Source: Longimicrobiales bacterium (GTDB taxonomy: Bacteria > Gemmatimonadota > Gemmatimonadetes > Longimicrobiales > Gaopeijiaceae). Taken from it: a DNA stretch of 64,000 nt. Position numbers and translations under genes: made by a program. Location of the stretch: positions 1,760,001 to 1,824,000 of the forward strand of contig CBDFMQ010000002.1 in assembly GCA_965249725.1 (NCBI GenBank), given 5' to 3'. This document shows, piece after piece, positions 50,321-59,619 of the stretch (position 1 is the first letter of the stretch; the number at the start of each line of letters is the position of its first letter). The notes under the pieces are model-generated. The model ran no database searches. It worked only from the letters and a program-made list of their open reading frames with translations, and was not told where the DNA came from.

Positions 50321-51121
50321 CTATCCTCCCGACATCCGGTCGAGGAACGCCCGCTCCTCGATCGACAAGGCTCCAGCTCCCCCGCTGTCCACCCTCTTCA
50401 ACAGCTGCTCCACCTCGCTCCGATTGAGTTCGTGTATGGAAGCGAGGTCGATGGAGGACCACCGTGCGCGGGCTTCACGGTCCGAGCCGTCTATCGATGG
50501 AGTGTGTTGGACCTGTCGCTGGAACTCGCGCTTGCCCTTTCCGGTGTGCCAGTCGCGCCACCGCAGATATCCGGCTCCCACCGCGAGCCCGCCCAAGTGA
50601 GCGAAGTGGGCCGTGACACCACCGCTCCCGGCGATGCCGCTGTAGAGGCTGATCAGGACGAGGCCAACCGCGAGCACCCAGGCCTGGATCGGCAGGATTC
50701 CGTAGATGTAGATGTTCTCCCTGGGCCAGTACATCGCGAACCCGATCAGAACCCCGTACACCGCGGCGGAAGCCCCCACGACCGGCGCACCGAACGAGAA
50801 CAGGAAGGAGAACGCGGCCCCGCCGAGCCCACTCAGGAAGTAGAGCCACAGGAAGCCGCGCGAGCCCAGCCGAGCCTCCAACCTCGGCCCGAAGAAGAAC
50901 AGACCGATCATGTTGAAGAAGAGGTGCCCGATGCCGGCATGCAGGAACATGTAGCTGACGAGGCCCCAGGGCCTGAACGGCATCATGGGGAGATAGAAGC
51001 GATCCAACCCGATGACGGCCGGCGGAAAGAGGGTCAGCATGGCGTACGGGAGCGTCCCCGGCTGGATCACCAGGAAAACGAGGACGTTCGCGACGAGCAG
51101 CCGCTTCACCCACGGGGTCAT
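50321..51121 (-). CDS. Rhomboid intramembrane serine protease
   Basis: HLFFNM, VGASAA and AHFAHLGG motifs. Confidence 0.95.
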   Translation of the reverse strand: MTPWVKRLLVANVLVFLVIQPGTLPYAMLTLFPPAVIGLDRFYLPMMPFRPWGLVSYMFLHAGIGHLFFNMIGLFFFGPRLEARLGSRGFLWLYFLSGLGGAAFSFLFSFGAPVVGASAAVYGVLIGFAMYWPRENIYIYGILPIQAWVLAVGLVLISLYSGIAGSGGVTAHFAHLGGLAVGAGYLRWRDWHTGKGKREFQRQVQHTPSIDGSDREARARWSSIDLASIHELNRSEVEQLLKRVDSGGAGALSIEERAFLDRMSGG

Positions 51122-51152
51122 CGACAGAGTGACATCTCCTGCATGAAGGGTG

Positions 51153-51206
51153 CTTCCATCTCAGTAAGGCCTCTTCCATCTCAGTGAGGGTTCTTCCATC
51201 TCAGTG
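51153..51206. repeat. 20-bp period tandem repeat, core CTTCCATCTCAGT x3
   Basis: Cores at 51153, 51173 and 51193. Confidence 0.9.
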
Positions 51207-51235
51207 AACGGTACCACGCCGGCGTTGGCAGGATC

Positions 51236-51281
51236 CACGAACACTAGTGGTCCTACGAAATCGGGTAAGAAAGTGTTCGTG
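51236..51281. repeat. Perfect 10-bp inverted repeat, 26-nt spacer
   Basis: CACGAACACT ... AGTGTTCGTG. Confidence 0.7.
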
Positions 51282-51287
51282 TACCGC

Positions 51288-52466
51288 CTAAGGTACCACT
51301 TCCCCAAGAGCCTCCATGGCGGTCTGGAGCTGGTCGTCCGTGAGGTAGGGGGCAGGGCCGAATCGAAGCACGTCTCCCCGGTAGTCCGTCCGCACTCCGC
51401 GCGTGGCCAACCCCTCGCTCAACCGGGCCGCATCGGGAGAGCGTAGCGCCAGGAATCCCGCCACCCCCTCCAACGGCACGCTACGGTCCCGGTCCACCAC
51501 ATCAGGATCGAGATCCAAGCCGTCGAACACCTCCATGAGGAGCCCCACCTGGTGTTGGCTTCGCTCCCGCAAGCGCTCCTGGGTCAGTCCCTGCTCCGAG
51601 AAGAAGTCGAGCACGGCCGCCGCCCGATAATGGCTCGTGGGGTCGTACGTGGATCCGGCGAACCGAGCCGCCCCCTCGCCATAGGCCGTCCGCCCCTGGT
51701 CCTTCTCATGGGCCAGAGTGGCGAACTCGCTGAACCAGCCCGTGATGACCGGCCGGAACCGACAGCCATCCGGAAAACGCAGCCAGCAGTTTCCCTCCCC
51801 CATCTGCATGTACTTGTATCCGCCACCAACCACGAAGGCGCGACCCAACCGCTCCCGCTCGATCGAGTAAGGCACGACGTTGGTCGAGTGATACGCATCG
51901 ATCAGGAGTTCGGCCCCCAACGACTCACACGCGTCGAGGACGGCCCCGAGGTGGGGCACACAGTGAGCGTTTTGAAAGAGCACGCACGACGTCAGCACCG
52001 CCGCGGTCTTCTCGTCGACCGCGGCGATCAAGCGCTCGGCGAGCGTATCCGCCGGAAGCGCCGCGACCTTCACGACCTCCACGGGCTCCTCCGCCAGCCG
52101 ATCGAGCTGCCTCCGTATGCTATGGAACTCCTGGTCCGTCGTGACCAGTCGGGGGCGCTCAAGCAAAGGGGTGGCGGAGAGGAAGCGGGTGACGAGCTCA
52201 TGGGTGTTTTGTCCCAAGGCCACCAGTCCCTTCGGATCGTCGAGCAGTGTAGCCACACCACGTCGTAGTGCCTCCGCCCGCTCCTCGGCCAGGTCCCACT
52301 TCCGATCCACATGCTCGGCCGCATCGAGCCACGCCTGCTGCTGCGCCTCGAAGGCGACGTCGGGCCAGGCCTGGTGTGAGTGTCCGGTCAGGAGCAGCCG
52401 TTCGGAGACCCGAAAGCGAGTGTAGTGGGCGGCGAGTGCGGCTGGGTCGATCATGCGGTGCGCCAC
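51288..52466 (-). CDS. kynU: Kynureninase
   Basis: IDAYHS, VGGGYKY, ITGWF, DYRG..LRFGPAPY; adjacent to TDO. Start may be 52454. Confidence 0.88.
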   Translation of the reverse strand: MAHRMIDPAALAAHYTRFRVSERLLLTGHSHQAWPDVAFEAQQQAWLDAAEHVDRKWDLAEERAEALRRGVATLLDDPKGLVALGQNTHELVTRFLSATPLLERPRLVTTDQEFHSIRRQLDRLAEEPVEVVKVAALPADTLAERLIAAVDEKTAAVLTSCVLFQNAHCVPHLGAVLDACESLGAELLIDAYHSTNVVPYSIERERLGRAFVVGGGYKYMQMGEGNCWLRFPDGCRFRPVITGWFSEFATLAHEKDQGRTAYGEGAARFAGSTYDPTSHYRAAAVLDFFSEQGLTQERLRERSQHQVGLLMEVFDGLDLDPDVVDRDRSVPLEGVAGFLALRSPDAARLSEGLATRGVRTDYRGDVLRFGPAPYLTDDQLQTAMEALGEVVP

Positions 52467-52493
52467 CAGCAGGTCGAGGGGGCCTCGGTCATC

Positions 52494-53282
52494 CTAGAGC
52501 CGGCTGCGGATCGCCCAGAGATCCGGAAAGACCGGCGCGTTGAGGGTCGTGCGCAAATAAGCCGAGCCGGCGGACCCTCCGGTACCGGCCTTCATGCCGA
52601 TGGTGCGCTCCACCATTTTCACGTGCCGATACCGCCACTCCTGCAGCCCCTCGTCCAGATCGACCAGGCGCTCGCAGACGGAGGCCGCGGCGGGATTCTC
52701 CCGATACACATCGACAAGGACCTCCTGAAGATCTTCTGACGCGGCCACGGGCCGCGTGACGTCTCGGCTCAGGTGGGCCTCAGGCACCGGAAATCCCTCA
52801 CCGTGCAGGAAGGTGAGGAAGGCGTCCCACAGCGTTCTCTCGCCGAACCGTCGCTCGAGGTTCATTCGGCCGTCGCTGCCCTCCGGAAACCGTTCGATGG
52901 CCTTCGCGTTCTTGGCTCCGAGCAAATATTCCAGCTCGCGGAACTGATAGGACTGAAAGCCCGAAGCGGCCTCCAGGCGTGTCCGGAAGGAGAGGAACTC
53001 CAAGGGAGTCATCGTCTCCAGGATGTCGAGCTGAGCCACCAAAACCTTCAGGATGGTGAGCACCCGCTTGAGGGTGTGAAGCGAGCGGGAGTGATCCCCC
53101 TCCTCCATGAGTCGACACACGTAGTCCACCTCGTGAAGCACTTCCTTGAACCAGAGCTCGTAGACCTGGTGAATCACGATGAAGAGCATCTCGTCGTGCT
53201 CCGGCCCCTCGGAGAGCGGCTTCTGCAGGTTCAGCAGTTCCTGGATCTTGAGATAGCGGCCGTACGTGAGGGCTTCACTCAT
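52494..53282 (-). CDS. kynA: Tryptophan 2,3-dioxygenase
   Basis: HDEMLFIVIHQVYELWFK, SGFQSYQFR, WRYRH and GTGGSAG motifs. Confidence 0.97.
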   Translation of the reverse strand: MSEALTYGRYLKIQELLNLQKPLSEGPEHDEMLFIVIHQVYELWFKEVLHEVDYVCRLMEEGDHSRSLHTLKRVLTILKVLVAQLDILETMTPLEFLSFRTRLEAASGFQSYQFRELEYLLGAKNAKAIERFPEGSDGRMNLERRFGERTLWDAFLTFLHGEGFPVPEAHLSRDVTRPVAASEDLQEVLVDVYRENPAAASVCERLVDLDEGLQEWRYRHVKMVERTIGMKAGTGGSAGSAYLRTTLNAPVFPDLWAIRSRL

Positions 53283-55552
53283 TCGGTGGCTCCGAAGTCG
53301 AAAGCGAACCGTGCCGAATACTCGCTCACGGACTCGTACTGAGGCGGCCACTCCAGGTCATAGCCCAGCGTGTACGCGGCGTGCCGGGTCCAATACGGAT
53401 CGAAGAGGTGCGCCCTGGCGAGCAGGCAGAGGTCGGCCCGACCCGCCGCGAGGATCGTGTTCACGTCCATGTAGGACGAGATGTTGCCCACGGCCATGGT
53501 CGCGATGCCCACCTCCTGGCGCACACGATCGGCGAACGGAGTCTGGAAGAGCCGCCCGTACTGCGGGGCCTGGTCGGGAACGGTCTGTCCCGCGGACACG
53601 TCGACGATATCGCAGTCGTGAGTCTTCAGAAGACGCGCCACCTCCACCGAGTCCTCCGGCTCCATGCCGCCCGGCTTCCAGTCCACCGCGCTGATCCGCG
53701 CGGACATCGGCTTCTCGTCGGGCCACACACCACGGACGGCGTCGAACACCTCCAGAGGGAAGCGCATGCGGTTCTCGATACTGCCACCGTACTCGTCGTC
53801 TCTCTCGTTCGTGAGTGGCGAGACGAAGGAGGCCAGCAGATATCCATGAGCCAAGTGGAGCTCCAGGATGTCGAAGCCGGCCTCATGAGCGATCTCCGCG
53901 GCACGAGCGTAGTCGGCGATCGCCTGATCCATGTCGTCCCGCGTCATCTCCTTTGGGACGGGATTCTCGGGACGCCACGGAATGGGTGAGGCGGACAGTA
54001 CGTCCCACCCGTCCTGGGCCAACGGCTCGTTGTCGCCCTCCCACAGCTTCTGGGTGGACCCCTTCCGACCGGCATGACCGAGCTGGACGCCCACCTTGGC
54101 GCCGCTGTTTGCGTGGATGAAGTCCACGACCCTCTTCCAGCCGTCCACGTGCTCCGGCTTGTAGAGCCCGGTGCACCCGGTCGAGATCCGGGCATCTCGG
54201 CTCACATCGGTCATCTCTGCCATGACGAGACCGGCGCCCCCGACCGCACGGCTCCCGAGGTGCACGAGATGCCAATCGTTGGGCATCCCGTCCTCGGCCG
54301 TGTACTGGCACATCGGGGAGACCACGACACGATTCTGCAGGACCAGCTCGCGCATGCGGAACGCGGTGAACATGGGCGGTGGCGGCGGCACGAAGGGTAC
54401 CGCTCGGCCGCTCTGACGCTCGGCCTCGCAGGCGAACCAGGAGTCCACCTCGCGAATGTAGCCGGCGTCACGCAGACGGAGGTTCTCGTGCGTGATGCGG
54501 AGGCTTCTGGTGAGGAGCGTGAACCCGAACTGGACGGGCTCGATCTTCATGTAGCGCTCGGTGTCCTCGAACCACTGAAGGCTCGCCTGGGCGGCCCGTT
54601 GGACGCTCTCCACGGGCGGGCGCCGTTCCTTCTCGTACTCGGCAAGGGCGACGGACACGTCGGGAAAGCGGGCCATCGCCTCGGCGAGGGCGATCCCGTC
54701 CATCATCGCGATACGAGTTCCCGACCCCACCGAGAAGTGCGCCGTGTGCGCCGCATCCCCCAAGAGCACCAAGTTCTCGTGAGACCAAGCCTCGTTGCTA
54801 ACCGTCGGAAACTGCCGCCAGTGAGACCGGTTCTTCAGGAGGGGATGCCCCTCCAGTTCGTCCGCGAAGAGCTCCTCGCAGAACCGGGCGGTCTCGTCCT
54901 CGTCTTCGACAGCGAGCCCCGACGCCGCCCACGTCTCCTCGCGAGCCTCGACGATGAAGGTGGCCTTCCCCTCCTCGTACTGGTACGCGTGGACCCGCCA
55001 GAGACCGTGCTCGTTCTCCCGAAAGTAGAACGTAAAAGCGTCGAAGGGCCGAGTGGTCCCGAGCCATACGAAACGGTTTGGGCGGAAGTCGACGGTGGGT
55101 CGGAAGTGCTCGGCATAACGGTCGCGGATCTGGCTGTTCACCCCATCGGCGGCGAGGACCAGATCGGCGTCCCGGTAGGCCTCGACGTCGTCCACCTCCA
55201 CCTCGTAGTGGACCTCGATACCCAACCGATTCGCGCGCCTCTGCAGAATCCTGAGAAGCCTCCCCCGCGAGAGACCGGCAAAACCGTGTCCCGTCGAGGT
55301 GAGGATCTTCCCCCCGTAATGGATGTCGATGTCGTCCCAGTGGGCAAACGCTCTGGTAATGTCGAAGTAGACGTCCGGTTCAGCAGCCTCGATGCGAGCC
55401 AGCGTCGCGTCCGAAAAGACGACTCCGAATCCGAACGTGTCGTCGGGACGGTTGCGCTCGTAGACAGTGATCTCGCGGGACGGATCAGCCCCCTTCAGGA
55501 GAATGGCGGAGTACAGCCCAGCCGGTCCTGCACCCACGACATTGATTCTCAC
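53279..55552 (-). CDS. abmA: 2-aminobenzoyl-CoA monooxygenase/reductase (bifunctional flavoprotein)
   Basis: N-terminal [32 protein letters not shown] monooxygenase; C-terminal OYE domain ([14 protein letters not shown]). Confidence 0.92.
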   Translation of the reverse strand: MRINVVGAGPAGLYSAILLKGADPSREITVYERNRPDDTFGFGVVFSDATLARIEAAEPDVYFDITRAFAHWDDIDIHYGGKILTSTGHGFAGLSRGRLLRILQRRANRLGIEVHYEVEVDDVEAYRDADLVLAADGVNSQIRDRYAEHFRPTVDFRPNRFVWLGTTRPFDAFTFYFRENEHGLWRVHAYQYEEGKATFIVEAREETWAASGLAVEDEDETARFCEELFADELEGHPLLKNRSHWRQFPTVSNEAWSHENLVLLGDAAHTAHFSVGSGTRIAMMDGIALAEAMARFPDVSVALAEYEKERRPPVESVQRAAQASLQWFEDTERYMKIEPVQFGFTLLTRSLRITHENLRLRDAGYIREVDSWFACEAERQSGRAVPFVPPPPPMFTAFRMRELVLQNRVVVSPMCQYTAEDGMPNDWHLVHLGSRAVGGAGLVMAEMTDVSRDARISTGCTGLYKPEHVDGWKRVVDFIHANSGAKVGVQLGHAGRKGSTQKLWEGDNEPLAQDGWDVLSASPIPWRPENPVPKEMTRDDMDQAIADYARAAEIAHEAGFDILELHLAHGYLLASFVSPLTNERDDEYGGSIENRMRFPLEVFDAVRGVWPDEKPMSARISAVDWKPGGMEPEDSVEVARLLKTHDCDIVDVSAGQTVPDQAPQYGRLFQTPFADRVRQEVGIATMAVGNISSYMDVNTILAAGRADLCLLARAHLFDPYWTRHAAYTLGYDLEWPPQYESVSEYSARFAFDFGATE

Positions 55553-56703
55553 TCTGAGGTACCTCTCCTCTGCTTCAAGCGATGACCTGCGATGATCAAG
55601 TGCTGAATGTCGGTGGCGCCCTCGTAGATGCGCAGTGCCCGGACGGAACGATAGAGCCGATCCACGACCGCCTCGGCCAGGACCCCGCGACCCCCCAGGA
55701 TCTGGATGGCGTCATCCACGACACGCTGAGCCGCCTCGGTGGCATAGGCCTTGGCCATGGCAGCTTCGACGGTAATACGCTCCGCCCCACGGTCCCGCTC
55801 CCAAGCCGCCCTGTACGTCAGGAGCCGCGCGGCCGTGAGTTCGGTAGCCATGCGTGCGAGCTTCTGCTGAACCAGTTGGAAGTCGGCCAGGGGCTTCCCG
55901 AACTGCTCACGCGACAGGGCATAGGCCTCCGCCTCGTCCAAAGCTCGGGCCGCCATGCCGCACGCGGCCGCTGCCACGGTGGGGCGCAGGCGATCGAAGG
56001 TGGCCATCCCGATCTTGAAGCCCTCCCCCTCGGCACCGAGTCTGGCGTGTGCGGGCACCCTGCAACCGTGAAAGGCCACTTCTCCCAGAGGATGGGGGGC
56101 GCTCATCACCAAGGGCTTCACGAACTCCAGGCCATCCGTGTCCGCGGGGACGACGAAGGCCGAGAGGCCACGGCTACCCTGCGCGGGATCGGTCGAGGCA
56201 AAGACCACGTACACGTCGGCGATACCGGCGTTGGAGATGAGCGTCTTGGTGCCCTCCAGTAGGTAGTCCTCACCATCTCGCACGGCGGTCGTACGCATGG
56301 ACGCTACGTCCGAGCCGGCTTCCGGCTCGGTCATCGCAAACGCCCCCAGGCTCGTACCGTCGAGGAGCCTCGGGAGCCATTCCTCACGCTGACCGGCGTT
56401 GTCGGCGAGCAGGAAGGGCGTCGCCGTGAGCGCCTGCAGCGCGTACACCGCGTCGGCCAGAGGACTGGCGCCCGCGATGGCCTCACGGGCTAGGCACGCC
56501 CCCCCGAGATCCTGCTCCTGAACGGGGCGCAGCCATCCACCTGATCCGAGCAGCGTCACGATCTCCCGAGCCTGAACACGCCCGGCATCATCGTCGGCCG
56601 GAGCGGGAAGCTTGGCCAGGTCAGCGGCCAAGGTCTCGACAGCGCTGGCCCATTCGACCTGCGCATCGTCCAAGAAGGCCCGCACGGCCCCGACGTCTGG
56701 CAT
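55549..56703 (-). CDS. Acyl-CoA dehydrogenase (AbmD-like)
   Basis: FAMTEPEAGSD and LRIYEGATD motifs. Confidence 0.93.
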   Translation of the reverse strand: MPDVGAVRAFLDDAQVEWASAVETLAADLAKLPAPADDDAGRVQAREIVTLLGSGGWLRPVQEQDLGGACLAREAIAGASPLADAVYALQALTATPFLLADNAGQREEWLPRLLDGTSLGAFAMTEPEAGSDVASMRTTAVRDGEDYLLEGTKTLISNAGIADVYVVFASTDPAQGSRGLSAFVVPADTDGLEFVKPLVMSAPHPLGEVAFHGCRVPAHARLGAEGEGFKIGMATFDRLRPTVAAAACGMAARALDEAEAYALSREQFGKPLADFQLVQQKLARMATELTAARLLTYRAAWERDRGAERITVEAAMAKAYATEAAQRVVDDAIQILGGRGVLAEAVVDRLYRSVRALRIYEGATDIQHLIIAGHRLKQRRGTSE

Positions 56704-57503
56704 CAGATAAACTGTGCGTCCCGCTTCGCGACAAAGGCCTCGTAGGCCTCACGGAAGTTGGGGTTCTCCATGCACTTGGCCTGGACCTGAGCCTCGGCCT
56801 CCAAAGCCGACGCGAGATCCATGGAGGCCTCTTCGTTGAGCGCTCGCTTCGTCATCTCCAGGGCATAGGACGGACCACGAGCCAGCTTCTCGGCCAGGCT
56901 GCGAGCCACATCGAGTAGATCGTCCTGGGGCACGACCTGGTTGTAGAGGCCGATCCGATGCGCCTCCTCGGGGCCGATGAAGTCGCCGGTCATGAGCAAC
57001 TGGGTGGCGTGGGCCAGCCCGACGATACGCGGCAGGAGCCAGGCGACCCCCATGTCGGCACCGGAGAGGCCCACCTTGGTGAACAGGTAGGCGATCTTGG
57101 CGTGCTCGGTGGCGATACGGATGTCGCACGCGGTAGCGATCACGGCACCCGCGCCGGCGACTGTTCCGTTCAGGGCTGCGATGACCGGGCGGCTGCACTC
57201 CCTGACGGCCAGAATCAGATTGCACGTCATCCGGGTGAAGTCGAGCAGTCCCTGGGAGTCCCGCTCGAAGAGGGCGCCGATGATGTCCTCGACGTCTCCC
57301 CCGGTGCAGAACCCCCGCCCCGCCCCGGTGATGACGATGCAGCGCACACCAGGCTCCACGTTCAGAGCCCGAAACGTGCTCTGGAGCTCCTCATAGACCT
57401 CGAACGTGAGAGCGTTGAGTCGGTCCGGGCGATTGAGCGTGATCGTGGCGACGGAGGTATCCGCATCGTGCTCGTACAGAAAGGACGTTGGCTGGATCGG
57501 CAC
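56703..57503 (-). CDS. Enoyl-CoA hydratase family protein (AbmC-like)
   Basis: LNRPDRLNALTF, FCTGGD and VGLSGADMG motifs. Confidence 0.93.
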   Translation of the reverse strand: MPIQPTSFLYEHDADTSVATITLNRPDRLNALTFEVYEELQSTFRALNVEPGVRCIVITGAGRGFCTGGDVEDIIGALFERDSQGLLDFTRMTCNLILAVRECSRPVIAALNGTVAGAGAVIATACDIRIATEHAKIAYLFTKVGLSGADMGVAWLLPRIVGLAHATQLLMTGDFIGPEEAHRIGLYNQVVPQDDLLDVARSLAEKLARGPSYALEMTKRALNEEASMDLASALEAEAQVQAKCMENPNFREAYEAFVAKRDAQFI

Positions 57504-57566
57504 TCCGCTCTCCCGGTTCCCCGTTAACGTCTGAAAGGCTGCTGAGAAGCCGTGTACCCGTGTGAC

Positions 57567-57971
57567 TTAACCGGGTAGGACGGCGGTGGCCTCTATTTCG
57601 ACCTTGGCCCTGGGATCCACCATCTCGGACACGGCAACGAGCGCCATAGCCGGATAGTGTCGGCCCATCCGGTCACGATATCTCGCTCCGAGAGGCTTCA
57701 GGCTACTGCGGTATTCGGCCATATCAGTCACGAAGATCGTGAAACGGGCGATGTTCTCCGGCCCCCCACCCGCCTCCTCCACGACCGTGATCGACCGGGC
57801 GAGAGCGGCGTCGAACTGATCGACGAAATCGTCCGATACGATGGTCCCCGAGTCGTCCGACCCGGCCTGCCCCGCCACGAAGAGAACGCGGCTGCCGGCA
57901 GGCGCCAGGAGCCCGTTGTTCCAGCCACTTGGCGGGCCCAGGGAATCGGGGTTGAAGATCTCGAAGGTCAT
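57567..57971 (-). CDS. Rid/YjgF family protein (AbmF-like)
   Basis: ATG 57971; LFVAGQ, HYPAMAL and VEIEATA; lacks the catalytic Arg. Confidence 0.88.
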   Translation of the reverse strand: MTFEIFNPDSLGPPSGWNNGLLAPAGSRVLFVAGQAGSDDSGTIVSDDFVDQFDAALARSITVVEEAGGGPENIARFTIFVTDMAEYRSSLKPLGARYRDRMGRHYPAMALVAVSEMVDPRAKVEIEATAVLPG

Positions 57972-58051
57972 GAGCCGAACTTCACTGCGGAGCCCCCTGC
58001 CGTCAAACGGGGAGTGTCCTACGGTCACCCACCACGCGCGGGGGTCGGAGG

Positions 58052-58828
58052 CTAGGCCAGCAGGGCCCCACCGTCGATTACGATAGCCTGGCCGTTCACG
58101 CTCCCGGCGTCCTCCCCACACAGATAAAGCACGGCGTCGCCGACCTCGCCGGGCTCGACCAGTCGCTTTTGGGCGAGCGTCGCCAGCAACGCCTCGAGGG
58201 CCTCGCCCCTGGTCATGCCCGAGCGGGCCATGATCTGATCGATCGTGCCGTCCGTCATGGGCGTGTTGACGTAACCGGGACACAACGCGTTGACCGTGAC
58301 TCCGGTTCCGGCCATCTCGGCCGCCGCTGAGCGGGTCAAGCCGAGCACCGCATGCTTCGACGCGGAGTACGCCGACGTGTAGCGGCTTCCCAGACGCCCG
58401 GCCACCGACGCCACATTGACGACCCGCCCCCAGTCCCGCTCGATCATCCCGGGAAGGAAGGCACGGGCACAGAGGAATGAGCCCGTTGCGTTCACCTGAA
58501 TCGTCCGGTTCCAGTCCTCCAGGGTCTCGCGAACCAGAAGAGCCGAGTGGCCGACTCCGGCGTTGTTCACGAGGATGTCGACGCTCCCTAATGTGTCCGC
58601 GGCGGCCTGTTCGAGATCGGCGACCGAAGCTTCGTCGGCCACATCGCACAGGGCCCAGTGGGCCGACCCTCCCGAGGCCTCGATGGACTCGGCCACATCG
58701 CGGACCTCGTCCTGCGAGCGAGCGCTCACCAGCACCGCCGCGCCCGCATCCGCGAGCATTCGGGCTACGGAGGCTCCGATCCCACGGCCCCCGCCCGTCA
58801 CGACCGCCGTCTTACCTTTCAGGCTCAT
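58052..58828 (-). CDS. SDR oxidoreductase (AbmB-like)
   Basis: TGGGRGIG, NNAG, YSASK and CPGYV motifs. Confidence 0.93.
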   Translation of the reverse strand: MSLKGKTAVVTGGGRGIGASVARMLADAGAAVLVSARSQDEVRDVAESIEASGGSAHWALCDVADEASVADLEQAAADTLGSVDILVNNAGVGHSALLVRETLEDWNRTIQVNATGSFLCARAFLPGMIERDWGRVVNVASVAGRLGSRYTSAYSASKHAVLGLTRSAAAEMAGTGVTVNALCPGYVNTPMTDGTIDQIMARSGMTRGEALEALLATLAQKRLVEPGEVGDAVLYLCGEDAGSVNGQAIVIDGGALLA

Positions 58829-59598
58829 GACGGCTCACCTGCCTTCTGAGAACCCAGGATCGCGAGCACCGCCTCTTCGACGATCGCCCCGAGCGTGCGC
58901 ACGGTCTCGACCCCTTCTTCTGCGCTGGCGTCGGCCGGGAACCCGAAATAGGCCTGCGGCCCGCCCGCCTCGTGGAATGTCGAGAGTTCGTCGCGAATCG
59001 CATCCGACAAGGACTTGGGGTTGGGGGGGAGACCTCGCCGGATCTCCTCCCGTACCAACTCGGGCGCCACAGCCATTACGATGGACGTCTCGTACTGACC
59101 GGCATGACAGGCTCCTGACTGAAACTCCTCGGTCAGTCGAGCGGCCAAGTTCCTCTTGGTGAGGTCCGGGAAGATGATCGGCACTTCGGAGGCATACGCG
59201 CGCTGAACGGCGTTCCGTAGTGCGACGAGGTGGGTCGGATCCAGATGCGTATTGCAGAGCACCAAGCCCCGGGCCCCGTGAGCCGCCCCCGCCCGCGCGA
59301 TATCCCGGACCAAGCGGCTGAGCGCCTCGCTCGATACGGACACCGTTCCCGGAAACTCGGCCGCGAAGGACGCCGGCGTGTAGTCGATCGTGGGCAACAC
59401 CACCGGTCGCATGCCATGCACCTCGAGCCTCGCGGCGGCGTCGAGCGCCCATGCCTCGGCGATGATCCCATCGGTCCGCACCGGTAGATGAGGTCCATGC
59501 GCCTCCACGGCGCCGATAGGCAGCAGGCCGATCCACGGCTCGCTCTGCGCGTCTCTAGCCTCTTCCCAGGTCATCTCGGCTAGTGGACGTATCGGCAT
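58825..59598 (-). CDS. Creatininase-family amidohydrolase
   Basis: ATG 59598 with AGGAG RBS; LPIGAVEAHGPHLP..TD and HAGQYETS. Confidence 0.9.
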   Translation of the reverse strand: MPIRPLAEMTWEEARDAQSEPWIGLLPIGAVEAHGPHLPVRTDGIIAEAWALDAAARLEVHGMRPVVLPTIDYTPASFAAEFPGTVSVSSEALSRLVRDIARAGAAHGARGLVLCNTHLDPTHLVALRNAVQRAYASEVPIIFPDLTKRNLAARLTEEFQSGACHAGQYETSIVMAVAPELVREEIRRGLPPNPKSLSDAIRDELSTFHEAGGPQAYFGFPADASAEEGVETVRTLGAIVEEAVLAILGSQKAGEPS

Positions 59599-59619
59599 GC
59601 GTGCTCCTATCATCGGGCC

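Noticed and set aside
51153..51206. Possible mini-CRISPR or iterons
   Set aside because: 13-bp core with only 7-nt similar linkers and three copies; no cas or rep gene.
52467..52492. Possible frameshifted longer kynU start (ATG 52492 plus one base in a G5 run)
   Set aside because: In-frame starts at 52466 and 52454 already give a plausible protein; nothing supports the extension.
54074..55585. 503-aa plus-strand ORF and many other long antisense or alternate-frame ORFs (e.g. 7028-8218, 46042-47223, 38258-39142)
   Set aside because: Shadow ORFs expected at high GC; they overlap well-supported genes and show no motifs.
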